Assembly: GCA_043819075.1 (NCBI GenBank)
Contig: JBDRFE010000031.1
Location: 1 to 28,896, forward strand
Direction: 5' to 3'
Length of the DNA: 28,896 bases
Source: an archaeon
GTDB lineage: Archaea; Iainarchaeota; Iainarchaeia; Iainarchaeales; 1-14-0-10-31-34
Positions 8,665 through 18,954 of the stretch are shown one piece after another. Position 1 is the first letter of the stretch, and each line of letters opens with the position of its first letter. The translations under genes and the position numbers were made by a program. A model generated the notes under the pieces. It worked only from the letters and a program-made list of their open reading frames with translations, made no database searches and was not told the origin of the DNA.

Positions 8665-9774
8665 ATGGCAATAAAAGCGTGTTTTATCGGAACACAGTTT
8701 ATCGGGGTTCCAAGCGATTCAGGCGGGGCAATAGAATATCTTTCATTTAATATTGCCAGAGGGCTTGCAGAAAAAGGTTTTAAAGTAACTTATTTTTCTG
8801 TTGACAAAACAAAAAAATTCAGTTCAGAAAACATGGTTATTGAAAGGTTTCCTGCAAAAAAAACCAACGCGTTTTTTTTCACTTTATTTGTTTTGCTTAA
8901 ATCCATCCCAAAAAAATTTGATGCAGTGTATCTTTCAGGCTGTTCAATGGTTTTTGCCGGATTAATTCTTTCAAGGCTTAAAGGGATTCCATTAATTTAC
9001 CATGAATTCAACCACAATCCCTGGATTAAGCCCAACAATTTTTTGTATGATTTTCTTGCAAGGCTAAGCGTTAAAAGCTCTGATTATGTTATTGTTGCAA
9101 GCGGGTGCATTAAAGAAAGGATTCTGGCTCAGGAAAAAATTTCAGAAAAAAAATTGCTGAAGATATCAAATTTTGCCTGCATGGAGGAATTTCCAATTCA
9201 GCCGGGAAAAAAACAAAAAAAAGTTTTGTTTGTCGGAAGGGCTGTGAAACACAAGGGAATGGATTTTCTTCTTGAATTAGCAGGCAAAAACAGCAAAAAG
9301 GAATGGGTTTTTGTGTTTGCCTGCCCTGAAGCCAGTTCAGCTGAAGAAAACTTTTATTTAAACAAAATAAAATCTCTTGCAGCAGGTTTTCCTGAAAAAG
9401 TTTTTTTAAGGCAGGGGCTTTCAAGAAAAGAATTAATTCAGGAGTTTTCTTCTGCTTCGGTTTTAGTCCTTCCTTCTTCACAGGAAGCATTTGGCATGGT
9501 ATTGGTTGAGGCAATGGCTTGTTTTACCCCTTGTGTTGTGTTTTTAGCCTGCGGGACAAAAGAAATAGTTGATGACAGCAAAAACGGCTTTCTGGTTGAA
9601 TTAGGCAATTTTAATTTGTTTGAAGAAAAACTCAAAGAGTTAATGGAAGACGAAAAGAAAAGGGCTTTTTTCGGGTTGAATGCAAGAAAAAAAGCTGAAG
9701 AAAACTTTTCTTTTGAAAAAAGAATAAAAGACTTTGAGTCTTTTTTCAGGGAAACTGCGGTGAAAGAAAAATGA
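8665..9774 (+). CDS. Glycosyltransferase family 4 (GT-B)
   Basis: GGAIE N-terminal motif, LFVGR, and EAFGMVLVEAMAC (E-x7-E). Confidence 0.92.
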   Translation: MAIKACFIGTQFIGVPSDSGGAIEYLSFNIARGLAEKGFKVTYFSVDKTKKFSSENMVIERFPAKKTNAFFFTLFVLLKSIPKKFDAVYLSGCSMVFAGLILSRLKGIPLIYHEFNHNPWIKPNNFLYDFLARLSVKSSDYVIVASGCIKERILAQEKISEKKLLKISNFACMEEFPIQPGKKQKKVLFVGRAVKHKGMDFLLELAGKNSKKEWVFVFACPEASSAEENFYLNKIKSLAAGFPEKVFLRQGLSRKELIQEFSSASVLVLPSSQEAFGMVLVEAMACFTPCVVFLACGTKEIVDDSKNGFLVELGNFNLFEEKLKELMEDEKKRAFFGLNARKKAEENFSFEKRIKDFESFFRETAVKEK

Positions 9775-9840
9775 GCCATTGTTTTTTGCTGAAAGAAATT
9801 TCTGGTGAAAGAAAATGAAATTATTGTTTTTTGCTGAAAG
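9759..9840 (+). repeat. Imperfect 37-nt tandem duplication of an SD/start-codon junction (period 45)
   Basis: GGTGAAAGAAAAATGAGCCATTGTTTTTTGCTGAAAG (9759-9795) versus GGTGAAAGAAAATGAAATTATTGTTTTTTGCTGAAAG (9804-9840). Confidence 0.8.
9771..9818 (+). other. 15-aa mini-ORF MSHCFLLKEISGERK
   Basis: Overlaps the upstream stop by ATGA (9771-9774) and the downstream start by ATGA (9815-9818); preceded by GGTGA. Confidence 0.4.
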
Positions 9841-10945
9841 GACAAACATCAGCTTATTCAAAGGCGATTCACTGCTGTTAAAGAGAATGATGGAAGGCCT
9901 TGCAGCCAAAGGAAACGAAGTCCAAGCATTATGCCATGGCTCTTCGGATAAAATTAAAGTTCATGTTCCTTTAAGCTATTGGCTTTACACAAAAGCTTTT
10001 ACTTTTCCCTTGACTTCTTTTTTTTCTTTCAGAAAACTTGTTTCATTGCTTGAAAAACAAGAATTTGATGCAGTAATATTGAAAATCCCTGAATGCAATG
10101 GAAACGGATTCTGGTTTAATTTCAGGCCGTTAATAAAAACCAGGTTTTATTCAATGATTGCTGATGAACTGAAAAAAAGGAAAATTCCTTTCTTTGTTTT
10201 TATTGAAGGTGTGACAGAAAAAGAAAGTTTTGTTTCTTTTTTAATGGATTGCTCAAAAAAATCAATGCTTCATGTAATGAAAGAATCTAATGGAATTATT
10301 TCTTTAAGCGCACCCCAGAATGAAATCCTAAAAGAATTCGGGTTAACAAATCCAATGGCTTTTTTTCCGGCTCCGGTTGACACAAAAAAATACCTTCCTG
10401 AAAAAACTGATTTGGAACTAAACCTTTCAAAAGAAAAAATCAATTTATTGTATTTAAGTTCTTCCTGTGACTTAAAGGATTTCACTGGTTTTTTCGGCTT
10501 TCTTGAAGAAAACGACTGCATTTTATTCATCATATCGCCTTTTTCAAATGCACAGGAAAATTTAATCAAAGAATTAAAGAAAAGAGGGCTTGAAAAAAAA
10601 GTTGTTTTTCTTAAAGGCTTTTCAGATGAATTCCTTTTCAAAGTCATTCCGTTTTTTGATGCAGGGATTTACCTAAAAAAATTCGGTTCAGCTTTTGCCG
10701 ATGCCAGTTTTATGGTGAAGATTTCAGAGTATCTTTCATGCGGCCTGCCCGTGCTTGTGCCTGAAATAAACGGGCCAATAAAGCAGGCTGGAAATGCTGG
10801 AATAAATTTTGAGAAAACAAAAAAAGTGTCCAAGGCTGAACTGAAACTGCTTTCAGTTGATGCAAGAAATAATGCATTAAACTTTCTTGACCTGGAAAAA
10901 AACACTGAAAAATTAATTGAATTCATCAGGAAAAATTCAGGGTGA
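9815..10945 (+). CDS. Divergent GT4-like glycosyltransferase
   Basis: GT-B-like N-terminus (MKLLFF...EGLAAKGNEV), FPAPVD, and KISEYLSCGLPV. Confidence 0.8.
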   Translation: MKLLFFAERTNISLFKGDSLLLKRMMEGLAAKGNEVQALCHGSSDKIKVHVPLSYWLYTKAFTFPLTSFFSFRKLVSLLEKQEFDAVILKIPECNGNGFWFNFRPLIKTRFYSMIADELKKRKIPFFVFIEGVTEKESFVSFLMDCSKKSMLHVMKESNGIISLSAPQNEILKEFGLTNPMAFFPAPVDTKKYLPEKTDLELNLSKEKINLLYLSSSCDLKDFTGFFGFLEENDCILFIISPFSNAQENLIKELKKRGLEKKVVFLKGFSDEFLFKVIPFFDAGIYLKKFGSAFADASFMVKISEYLSCGLPVLVPEINGPIKQAGNAGINFEKTKKVSKAELKLLSVDARNNALNFLDLEKNTEKLIEFIRKNSG

Positions 10946-10949
10946 ATGC

Positions 10950-11834
10950 ATGAAACAACAAAAAAATATTCCTGAAAAGCCGTTTGTTTCTGTTATAATA
11001 ACAACTTTTGGGTTGAGAAATTCAATCAAAAAAACCATTGAGTCAGTGTTAAATTCTTCTTACAGGAACTTTGAATTAATTGTAGTCAATGACGGCGCAG
11101 AAATTAACTTAAAGCCAGAAGGCTTTCACATCATAAACCAGGAACACAAGGGCCTGGCTGCTGCAAGAAACACAGGAATAAGGAATTCAAAAGGAAAATT
11201 TATTGCATTCATTGACGATGATGCTGTGGCGGAAAAAAACTGGCTTGAAGAACTTGTTTTGTCTTTTGTTTCAGATGGTGTTGGAGCAGTTTCAGGGACA
11301 GCAATAGAATACTTTGACAAGCCTGAAACAAATGTTTTTTGGACGTGCAATAATTTTGGCTTGATAAAAGTTAATCCGGCTGAAATGAAAAAAAACGATT
11401 TTATTGTTGTTCACGGGTGCAACATGGCTTTTTCCAGGAAGGCGCTGGAAGAAGTTAATTTCATTGATGAAAATTTTACTTTTTATTTTGATGAAATAGA
11501 CCTTTCTTTCAGGCTTTTGAAAAAAGGCTTTAAGATAATTAATAACAGAAAGGCTGTAGTGCATCATTTCATTAAAAGCAATGCAAGGTTTGGCAACAAA
11601 TTTGAGTTCGGGAAATTCAAGTACTATTTTGCCTTAAAAAACTTTAATTCAAGGTTTTTCTTTTTGTTTTTAGTTTTGAATGACCTGCCATTTCTTTTGA
11701 ATGACCTAAAAGAATCAGTTAAGCTTTTTTTAAAAGGAAAAATGGGTTTTCGAAGGCTTTTGCAGGACATTTATTTTATTTTTGCCGGAAGGGTTTCAGG
11801 AACAAGAAAAGCTTTTATTGACTTTTCAGGGTAA
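10950..11834 (+). CDS. Glycosyltransferase family 2 (GT-A)
   Basis: VSVIITT, VVNDG, GLAAARNTG, FIDDD (DxD), GCNMAF, DEIDL. Start moved to ATG 10950, which follows SD GGTGA at 10941. Confidence 0.92.
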   Translation: MKQQKNIPEKPFVSVIITTFGLRNSIKKTIESVLNSSYRNFELIVVNDGAEINLKPEGFHIINQEHKGLAAARNTGIRNSKGKFIAFIDDDAVAEKNWLEELVLSFVSDGVGAVSGTAIEYFDKPETNVFWTCNNFGLIKVNPAEMKKNDFIVVHGCNMAFSRKALEEVNFIDENFTFYFDEIDLSFRLLKKGFKIINNRKAVVHHFIKSNARFGNKFEFGKFKYYFALKNFNSRFFFLFLVLNDLPFLLNDLKESVKLFLKGKMGFRRLLQDIYFIFAGRVSGTRKAFIDFSG

Positions 11835-11842
11835 TTAATTAA

Positions 11843-12739
11843 ATGTCTAGAATTCTTGTTACAGGCGGAAACGGTTTTATCGGCTCAAGGGTTGCAGAAG
11901 ACCTGTCAAAAGAGCACAAAGTTTTTGTGCTGGATTTAACTGAAAGCAAAAAATTTGATTCTTTTGCCTGTGATATAGCTGACAGGAAATGGATTGATTC
12001 AATAGGAAAATTTGATTTTATTTTTCATTTTGCTTCTTTAGGAGGAGGGTTTTACAGGACAAGCAACCCCATTAAGCTGCTTCACACTGAATTAACAGGA
12101 TTGTATAATGTATTGAATTATGCCCTGAAATACAATTCAAAGAAAGTGGTTTATTCTTCTACAACGCTTTTGACAGAAGAATTCAGGAAATCGTTTTCTT
12201 TTTCAAAAATAAAATCAAACCCTTATTTTTCTTATGCTGCAGCAAAACTTTTAAGCGAATACTATTTAGAGGAATTCCACAGGGAAAACAATACCGGCTA
12301 TTCAATTGTAAGATACTATAATGTTTACGGTGAAAACCAGAGCGATTCAATGGCAATACCGCTTTTTATCAGGCAGGCATTAGAGGGAAGGCCTCTGGTA
12401 ATTTTTGGTTCTGGAAAACAGCAGAGGGATTTCACTTATGTGGGAGATGTTTCAAAAGCAACAATCCTTGCAGCTTTCTCTGAAAAAACTTTTTCAAAAA
12501 CAATTAATATCGGCACAGGAAAAAAAACAAGCATTCTTGAGCTGGCAAAGTTAATAAAAAAACTCACTAAATCAAAGTCAGAGGTAATCCACGATGAGTT
12601 TCCTGAAGGATTAAAAGAATTTGAAACTGACAGAATGCAGTTCAATTCAGCTGAATTAAAGGAATTAATCGGATTTGAATGCAAAACACCGCTTGAAGAA
12701 GGCTTAAAAAAAATGATTAAATTCATTGAAGGAAAATAA
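11843..12739 (+). CDS. NAD-dependent nucleotide-sugar epimerase/dehydratase (extended SDR)
   Basis: TGGNGFIG, YAAAK, RYYNVYG, RDFTYVGD. Confidence 0.92.
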   Translation: MSRILVTGGNGFIGSRVAEDLSKEHKVFVLDLTESKKFDSFACDIADRKWIDSIGKFDFIFHFASLGGGFYRTSNPIKLLHTELTGLYNVLNYALKYNSKKVVYSSTTLLTEEFRKSFSFSKIKSNPYFSYAAAKLLSEYYLEEFHRENNTGYSIVRYYNVYGENQSDSMAIPLFIRQALEGRPLVIFGSGKQQRDFTYVGDVSKATILAAFSEKTFSKTINIGTGKKTSILELAKLIKKLTKSKSEVIHDEFPEGLKEFETDRMQFNSAELKELIGFECKTPLEEGLKKMIKFIEGK

Positions 12740-13855
12740 ATGAAAATACTTTATTTAATCAGGGAAAGCCCTGAAGAAATTGTGTCCCCTGCATACTATG
12801 AATTAATTCAGGAACTCAGGAACAAAGGCCATGAAATCACTGTTGCAAACCTTTCAGGAAATTTTTTAGGATTTAAGTGCATTAAAATAAGCCAGTTTAA
12901 ATTCATTGATTATCCTTTTGGGTTTGTTAACAGGTATTTGTTTAGCAGGGCAGTAAGCAAATCATTTAACCAAAAAGAATTTGATGTTGTTCTTTCTTCA
13001 ATGGCTGAAGCATTGTATTTTCTTTCTGAATGGAATATTCCGAAAACAGCTGTAATCAACGACAATTTTTCTGAAAGGGCAAAATTTACCCCTTGGATTG
13101 GAAAACAATTCAAATTGAGCGTAATGGTTGATTCTTTTTTCCAGAGGCTTGCAATGAAGAAAGCAGACGGAATAATTTTCCTGAATGAAGAAGAAAAAAA
13201 AGCAGAAGAAAAAAATACTAAAGCAAAATGCACTGCAATCCATAACGGGGTGTTTCTTGAAAAATTTTCTGCAGAAGAAAATGAATTAAAAAAAATCAGG
13301 GAAGAATTCCCGCAAAAAATTGTTTTGTTTCTTGCAAGGCTTGAACTGCAGAAAAACCCTTTGCTTTTCCTGAAAGCAGCAGAAAAAATTAACAGAAAAG
13401 ACTGCGTTTTCCTGATTGCAGGAAAAGGGCCGATGGAAAAAAAAGTAAAAGCTTTTATTGAAGAAAAAAATCTTTCAGGCAAAGTGAAGTTTTTGGGCTG
13501 GGTGAAAGAAAAACAAAAAAATGCACTGCTTTCAGCTTGTTCTGTTTATGTTCTTCCCTCGCTTTTTGAGCCGGTGTCTGTTTCAACTTTAGAGGCAATG
13601 GCTTTCAGCAAGCCGGTGATTGTATCTGATACCGGGGGCTTAAAAGAAATAGTTGATTCATCGAATGGAATAAAAGTAAAGCCGAATGATATTGAAGAAC
13701 TGGTTAAAGCAGTTAATTTTTTGCTTGATAACCCTGTTAAAGCAGAAAAAATGGGCTTGAATGGTTTCAACAGAATTAAAAAAGAGTTTTTATGGAAGAA
13801 TATAGTGGAAGAATACATTGAGTTTTTTTTGGTGCTGTTAAATGAAAGAAAATGA
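12740..13855 (+). CDS. Glycosyltransferase family 4
   Basis: IHNGV, LFLARLELQK, EPVSVSTLEAMA. Confidence 0.92.
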   Translation: MKILYLIRESPEEIVSPAYYELIQELRNKGHEITVANLSGNFLGFKCIKISQFKFIDYPFGFVNRYLFSRAVSKSFNQKEFDVVLSSMAEALYFLSEWNIPKTAVINDNFSERAKFTPWIGKQFKLSVMVDSFFQRLAMKKADGIIFLNEEEKKAEEKNTKAKCTAIHNGVFLEKFSAEENELKKIREEFPQKIVLFLARLELQKNPLLFLKAAEKINRKDCVFLIAGKGPMEKKVKAFIEEKNLSGKVKFLGWVKEKQKNALLSACSVYVLPSLFEPVSVSTLEAMAFSKPVIVSDTGGLKEIVDSSNGIKVKPNDIEELVKAVNFLLDNPVKAEKMGLNGFNRIKKEFLWKNIVEEYIEFFLVLLNERK

Positions 13856-14531
13856 TTCGATTTCAGTTTTTCAGGGAAAAAGGTATTGTGAACTGCCGGT
13901 TGATTTGCATTCAAATGAAAGGCTGAAAAAAATGTTTATTGAATTAAACAGGGAAAAAAGAGGAAGAATACTTGATTTGGGCTGCCTTCAAGGAGAATTC
14001 TCGCTTGAATTAAAAAACAAGGGCTGGAATGTTTTTGGCGCAGACATTTCCCCTGCATTGCTTAAGGCAAAAGAAAAAGGAATCAAGTGCATTAAATTTG
14101 ATTTTGAAAAACGTTTTCCTTTCAAAGACAATTTTTTTGACGCAGTTTTTGCAGGAGAAGTAATAGAGCATATTTTTGACACGGATTTTTTTGTTTCAGA
14201 AATTAACAGGATTCTAAGGCCAGGCGGCTTTCTTTTGATTTCAACTCCAAACACTGCCTGCCTTCCAAACAGGCTTTTACTGCTTGCAGGAAAAAAGCCT
14301 TTCAACCTTGATTACTTCAAGAGCGGCGGACATATAAGGGCTTACACTTTTTCTTTGCTTGAAAAACAGTTAAAGGAAAACGGTTTTGCAGTAGAAAAAA
14401 GGTTTTCTGAACTGCTTAGGTTAAGCGACAAACTAGAGTTTCCGTTGCTGTATAAAATTGAAAGCATTTTAGCTGATTTTTTTCCCACTCTTTCTTTAAG
14501 CATTATAATCAAGGCGAGGAAAAAGAAATGA
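13842..14531 (+). CDS. Class I SAM-dependent methyltransferase
   Basis: ILDLGCLQG, GADIS, PFKDNFFDAV..EVIEH, RILRPGG..ISTPN. Confidence 0.9.
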   Translation: MKENDSISVFQGKRYCELPVDLHSNERLKKMFIELNREKRGRILDLGCLQGEFSLELKNKGWNVFGADISPALLKAKEKGIKCIKFDFEKRFPFKDNFFDAVFAGEVIEHIFDTDFFVSEINRILRPGGFLLISTPNTACLPNRLLLLAGKKPFNLDYFKSGGHIRAYTFSLLEKQLKENGFAVEKRFSELLRLSDKLEFPLLYKIESILADFFPTLSLSIIIKARKKK

Positions 14532-15734
14532 AAGTCTTAATGGTTACGCCTGCTTTTTTTCCTTCTCTTGGGGGAATAGAACAGCATGTAATGAATTTAT
14601 CAAAACAGCTTATTTCAAAAAATCATGCAGTTGATGTATTGACTGCAAAAATCGGCGACACCTCTAAATGCGAAAAAATGTATTCAGTTAATGTTTTCAG
14701 GGTTAATGCAGGAATTAATTCCCAGCAGGAACTGTCATTTAAGGGAAGAAAACTTATTCTGCCATTTTTTTTAAAGGCTTTAAGCCTTCAGCTGAAAAAC
14801 AAATACGATTTAATTCATGTCCACTGCCCTTTTTCACTGCTTTCCTGCCTTCCGCTCAAATTATTTGGGGTTCCGGTTGTATTAACTGTTCACGGCAACT
14901 GGATTAACTGCGTTAAAGGAAGAAGGTATTACAAGAAAAAAATCTGCCTGGATTATGACATTAACCGATGCACTGAATGCATGCACTCAAATAAGCCTGT
15001 AATGAATTTCAAGAGATGGGTGTTAAGGAATTCAGCTGAAGCATGCAATGCAATCATTGCAGTAAGCAGTGATGTAAAAAATTCAATTCAATTAAAGAAA
15101 AAAAAAGAAATTTATGTCATTCCAAATGTCGCTTTTTCAGAGAAAATAATTGCGGATAAAGTCAGGGAAACAAAGCCTCCGTTTAATTCAGAAAAAAAGA
15201 AAATTTTGTTTTTGGGTTCGCTGATAGAGGAAAAAGGCGCTAAAGTTTTGCTTGAAACCGCAAAAAACATTGACGCTCAATTCATTTTTGTTTACAGTTA
15301 TGCGGAAGAAAAATACCTGCAGGAATTCACTGAATTCATTAAAAAAAACAGCCTTGAAAATGTATTTTTATTCCATAAAGTGCCGAATGAAGAAGTAAGG
15401 CAGTTTTTTATTCCGTTAAGCGATGTAATTGTACTTCCTTCTTTATGGCCTGAACCCTGTTCTTCTGTTGTAACTGAAGCCAGTTCAGCAAAAAAACCTG
15501 TTATTGCATCAAATGCAGGCGGATTCCCAGACCTTATTTCAGGCAATGAAACAGGGTTATTGTTTGAGCCGGGAAATTCAGCTGAACTTGAAAAAAAAAA
15601 TAAAATTAATTCTTGAAGACAAAAAACTGTGTGCAAGAATTGTTGACAACGCTTTTTTTAAGGCAGAAAAAGAATTCAACTGGAATAATGTTTCAGGCAG
15701 AATACTGAAAGTTTACGGGAAAGTGCTTGAATGA
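14528..15734 (+). pseudogene. GT4 glycosyltransferase split by a +1 frameshift in an A10 tract
   Basis: One frame ends ...AELEKKNKINS* at 15616. The missing GT4 tail (IKLILED...FNWNNVSGRILKVY) is in the +1 frame to 15734. Removing one A from 15591-15600 gives a 401-aa protein whose stop overlaps the next ATG. Confidence 0.8.
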
Positions 15735-16819
15735 AAATTGCTTTTATAACAAAACAGTTTGCGTTAAACACAGGCGGAATAGAAAAAGTAATTGAAAACT
15801 TCAGGAAAAGCTTTTCAGCCAAAGGCCATGAAGTAATTGTATTCAACCAGAACGGCACAACAAAAAACCTTTTTGAGTTCAATAAAAAAGGATTTTCTTT
15901 GGGAATAAAAACCGCTTTATTGCTGTTAAAGCTAAAGCCTGAAGTAGCGCATTTTCATGGCTTCAGGTCAATAAATTTTTTTCCACGGCTTGCCTGCAGG
16001 ATAATGAAAGTTCCGTGCATTATTACACCTCATTTTGATTATAATAAAAATTTGTTCAGGGAAAAACTGAATTTTTTTTTCCATAAGCTGATTGGTTTTG
16101 ACAGGATTCTTGCAATAACTTTTGCTGAAAAAAAAATTCTTGAAGAACTGGGTTTCAAAAAAATTGAGGTAATTCCTGATTCAGTTGATTCAAGTGTTTT
16201 CAGGCCGCTGCCAAAAAAAGAGCTTGGTTCAAGAAAAAAGTATTCTATTGGAGGAAAAACTTTTCTTGTATTGTTTTTAGGCAGGCTTGCCTCAAACAAA
16301 GGCCTGCCATATCTGTTTGGCGCATTTAATTCAATTAAATCAGATGACAAGAAATTATTGGTTGTTGGCATGGAAAATCCTGCTTTTCCTGACACAACAT
16401 ACAAGTATTATGCATCAATTGCAGGGAAATTAAATGTATTGGATAAAACGATTTTTGCAGGGGAATTAAATGAAAAAGAGGTGGTTGATGCAATTAATTC
16501 AAGCGATGTTCTTGTATTGCCTTCAACTTCTTCAGAAGCTTTTGGGTTGGTGTTAATTGAGGCAATGGCTTGTGGAAAACCTGTTGTCGGGTCTTCAATT
16601 GAAGGAATAAAAGAAGTAATAGTTGACGGATTCAACGGATTTCTTGTTCCTCCGAAAAAATCAGATGAACTGTCTATTTCATTAGAGCTTTTATTGAATC
16701 CTGTGTTAAGGCAGAAAATTGGCTTGAATGGATTAAGCCTTGTAAAAACAAAATACTCTCTTTCAGCTGTTTCAGAACAGCATTTAATGGTTTATCTGAA
16801 TTTATTAGCCGAAAAGTAA
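15731..16819 (+). CDS. Glycosyltransferase family 4
   Basis: GGIE, LFLGRLASNKG, EAFGLVLIEAMACGKPV. Confidence 0.93.
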   Translation: MKIAFITKQFALNTGGIEKVIENFRKSFSAKGHEVIVFNQNGTTKNLFEFNKKGFSLGIKTALLLLKLKPEVAHFHGFRSINFFPRLACRIMKVPCIITPHFDYNKNLFREKLNFFFHKLIGFDRILAITFAEKKILEELGFKKIEVIPDSVDSSVFRPLPKKELGSRKKYSIGGKTFLVLFLGRLASNKGLPYLFGAFNSIKSDDKKLLVVGMENPAFPDTTYKYYASIAGKLNVLDKTIFAGELNEKEVVDAINSSDVLVLPSTSSEAFGLVLIEAMACGKPVVGSSIEGIKEVIVDGFNGFLVPPKKSDELSISLELLLNPVLRQKIGLNGLSLVKTKYSLSAVSEQHLMVYLNLLAEK

Positions 16820-17761
16820 TCCTTTAACAAAGCCTGTTCCTTTTACTAATTCAAACAAAAACAAGGCAAAAAAAGAGTAAAACATCACTAAAACAAAATT
16901 ATTGCAGTACAATGCATTGTTTTTGTTTAACGCAATTTTAATGCATCCGGCAAGACAGGGAAGAAAAACAAAAAGAACTGAAAAAATGTTTCCTGAAGCC
17001 AGAAACAATAAAATCGTTAAAATTGCTGAAAAAAAAACCATGAAATAAAAGCCAAAAATATATTTGATGTTTTTCGGCGCCTTAAAAAGATTCAATGGGT
17101 TAGCCAGAAAACCGAAGTTTTTTTTGAACAAAACCGCGTCAAAAAAAGAGTAATTGTAATTGGATTTAATTCTTTCACTTAAAGAATAGCTTGTATGAAA
17201 GCTTTCGGCATTTGTTTCCACGAGTTTTTTTCCTGAAATCACTGCCCTTAAAAATAATTCAGGGTCTTCAGAGAACCTCATATTTTCATTGAAACCATTA
17301 AATTCAAGGAAATCTTTTTTCCTGAAAGCAATATTGTATCCCTGAAAAGAAGAGCTTGAAACAACAAAAGAAAAAAAATCAGAGCTAAAGCTTTTGTTTG
17401 ATTCAACTGAATACTTTCCGCAGCAGGCAAACACATTTTTGTCTTTCAGCGGAAGAACTAATTTTTCAAGCCATTTTTTTTCCACTGAAACATCAGAGTC
17501 AAGGAAAACAATTATTTCAGCTGAAGCATTCAAGGCGCCAAAATTCCTGCTGGCGCTGATGCCAGAATTATTCCTGTTAAACAGCTTTACTGAAAGGTTT
17601 TTTTCTGCAATTCTTTTTACGATTTTTTCTGTTTTGTCAGTTGAACCGTCATTTACTACAATTATTTCTTTTGGCTTAAGCGACTGCTCTAAAACAGAGC
17701 CAATTGTTTTTTCAATTGTTTTTTCTGCATTAAATGCAGGAATAATAACACTTGAATTCAT
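16805..17761 (-). CDS. Glycosyltransferase family 2 with C-terminal TM helices
   Basis: SVIIPAFN, VVNDGSTD, SRNFG, FLDSD, EDPEL, hydrophobic C-terminus. Confidence 0.92.
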   Translation of the reverse strand: MNSSVIIPAFNAEKTIEKTIGSVLEQSLKPKEIIVVNDGSTDKTEKIVKRIAEKNLSVKLFNRNNSGISASRNFGALNASAEIIVFLDSDVSVEKKWLEKLVLPLKDKNVFACCGKYSVESNKSFSSDFFSFVVSSSSFQGYNIAFRKKDFLEFNGFNENMRFSEDPELFLRAVISGKKLVETNAESFHTSYSLSERIKSNYNYSFFDAVLFKKNFGFLANPLNLFKAPKNIKYIFGFYFMVFFSAILTILLFLASGNIFSVLFVFLPCLAGCIKIALNKNNALYCNNFVLVMFYSFFALFLFELVKGTGFVKGLLFG

Positions 17762-18954
17762 TTTGCTTTCACTGCCTTAACAGTTTTTTTTCCTTTTTTT
17801 GAAGCAATTTCAAGGATTGATTCTATTTTTTTTCCGATTCTGTTCCAATCAGCTTTTTTTGCGTTCAGCCTGCCTTTTTTTGCAAGCTTGTTGTAAAGCT
17901 TTTTAGAGGAAAAAAGTTTTATCACTGCAGAAGAAATTTCCTGCGGGTTTTCGGGATTGACTGTTACAGCTGAATCTTTCAGAAGATTGATTGAGCCAAT
18001 GCTTTTAGGAATTATTACAGGCTTGTTTAATGCAATTGCCTCTAAATTGATTATTCCTATTGGCTCGTAAGTTGAAGGGCTGACAATAACATCGCTTAAT
18101 TCAATTAATTCAGGCATTTTTTCCTGTTCAACATAGCCTAAAAATTTTATTTTGTTTTTTATTCCAAGTTTTAGTATTTCTTTTTCAATTTCTTTTTTAT
18201 GGTTCTCGCTGGTGTTTTCCCCTGCAATCAATAAAACTGTTTCAGGGATTTTTCGCATTATTTCAGGCAATGCTTTTACAAGAAATAAAAGCCCTTTCTG
18301 GGGAACAAGCCTTCCGGCAAACAGCAATATTTTATTTTTTTTCAGGCCAAGTTTTTTCCTTAATTTTTGCGCTTTTTTTTTCAATTCAGTGCTTGAGCTG
18401 AATTTTTTTAAGTCAACTCCGTCTGAAACAATTTTTATTTTTTTTCCGCTGATTCCGTAAAAGCCTTTTATTTCTTTTTCAATTGAACCAGAAGCGGCAA
18501 TAATTGTTTGAGAGTTTTCACAACAGTTTTTGTCCAGCTGAACCATTAAAGGGATTGCGGCTTTCCTTAAAAATTCTGTTTTGAATCCGGTTTTAGGCCT
18601 GTTTAAAGAATTTCCTTTTACTGTGCCTCTTGCATGAAACACAACAGGAATTCCAAGCTTTTTGAAGTCAGCTAATCCAAAAGAATAGTCTTGCGGGTAA
18701 ATTACGTCAAAATCTTTTTCCTGTAATGCCTTTTTTTTGAGGTTCAGGGAAAAAGCCAGCAAATCAATTCCTTTTATTCCGACTGAAGGAATTTTTTTGA
18801 TTTCAAGATTTTTTCTGCCTTTAATTTCTTTTTTTTCCCCGTGAAAAACCATTACTTTATGGCCTTTAGCTGAAAGGAATTCAGCCAGTTTTTGAACGCA
18901 TAATCCCTGTCCATAGCTTTTAGCGTAAAACATTGAAGTAATTAAAATCTTCAT
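17758..18954 (-). CDS. Glycosyltransferase family 4
   Basis: DGVD, LFAGRLVPQKG, EPIGIINLEAIA. Confidence 0.92.
   Translation of the reverse strand: MKILITSMFYAKSYGQGLCVQKLAEFLSAKGHKVMVFHGEKKEIKGRKNLEIKKIPSVGIKGIDLLAFSLNLKKKALQEKDFDVIYPQDYSFGLADFKKLGIPVVFHARGTVKGNSLNRPKTGFKTEFLRKAAIPLMVQLDKNCCENSQTIIAASGSIEKEIKGFYGISGKKIKIVSDGVDLKKFSSSTELKKKAQKLRKKLGLKKNKILLFAGRLVPQKGLLFLVKALPEIMRKIPETVLLIAGENTSENHKKEIEKEILKLGIKNKIKFLGYVEQEKMPELIELSDVIVSPSTYEPIGIINLEAIALNKPVIIPKSIGSINLLKDSAVTVNPENPQEISSAVIKLFSSKKLYNKLAKKGRLNAKKADWNRIGKKIESILEIASKKGKKTVKAVKAK

Noticed and set aside
9759..9840. Two 37-nt repeats as a mini CRISPR array
   Set aside because: Only two diverged copies 8 nt apart, the repeat is an SD/start junction, and no cas genes are present.
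15504..15734. 76-aa ORF as an independent gene
   Set aside because: Only the part after the A10 tract is GT4-like; it is the frameshifted tail of the 14528 gene.
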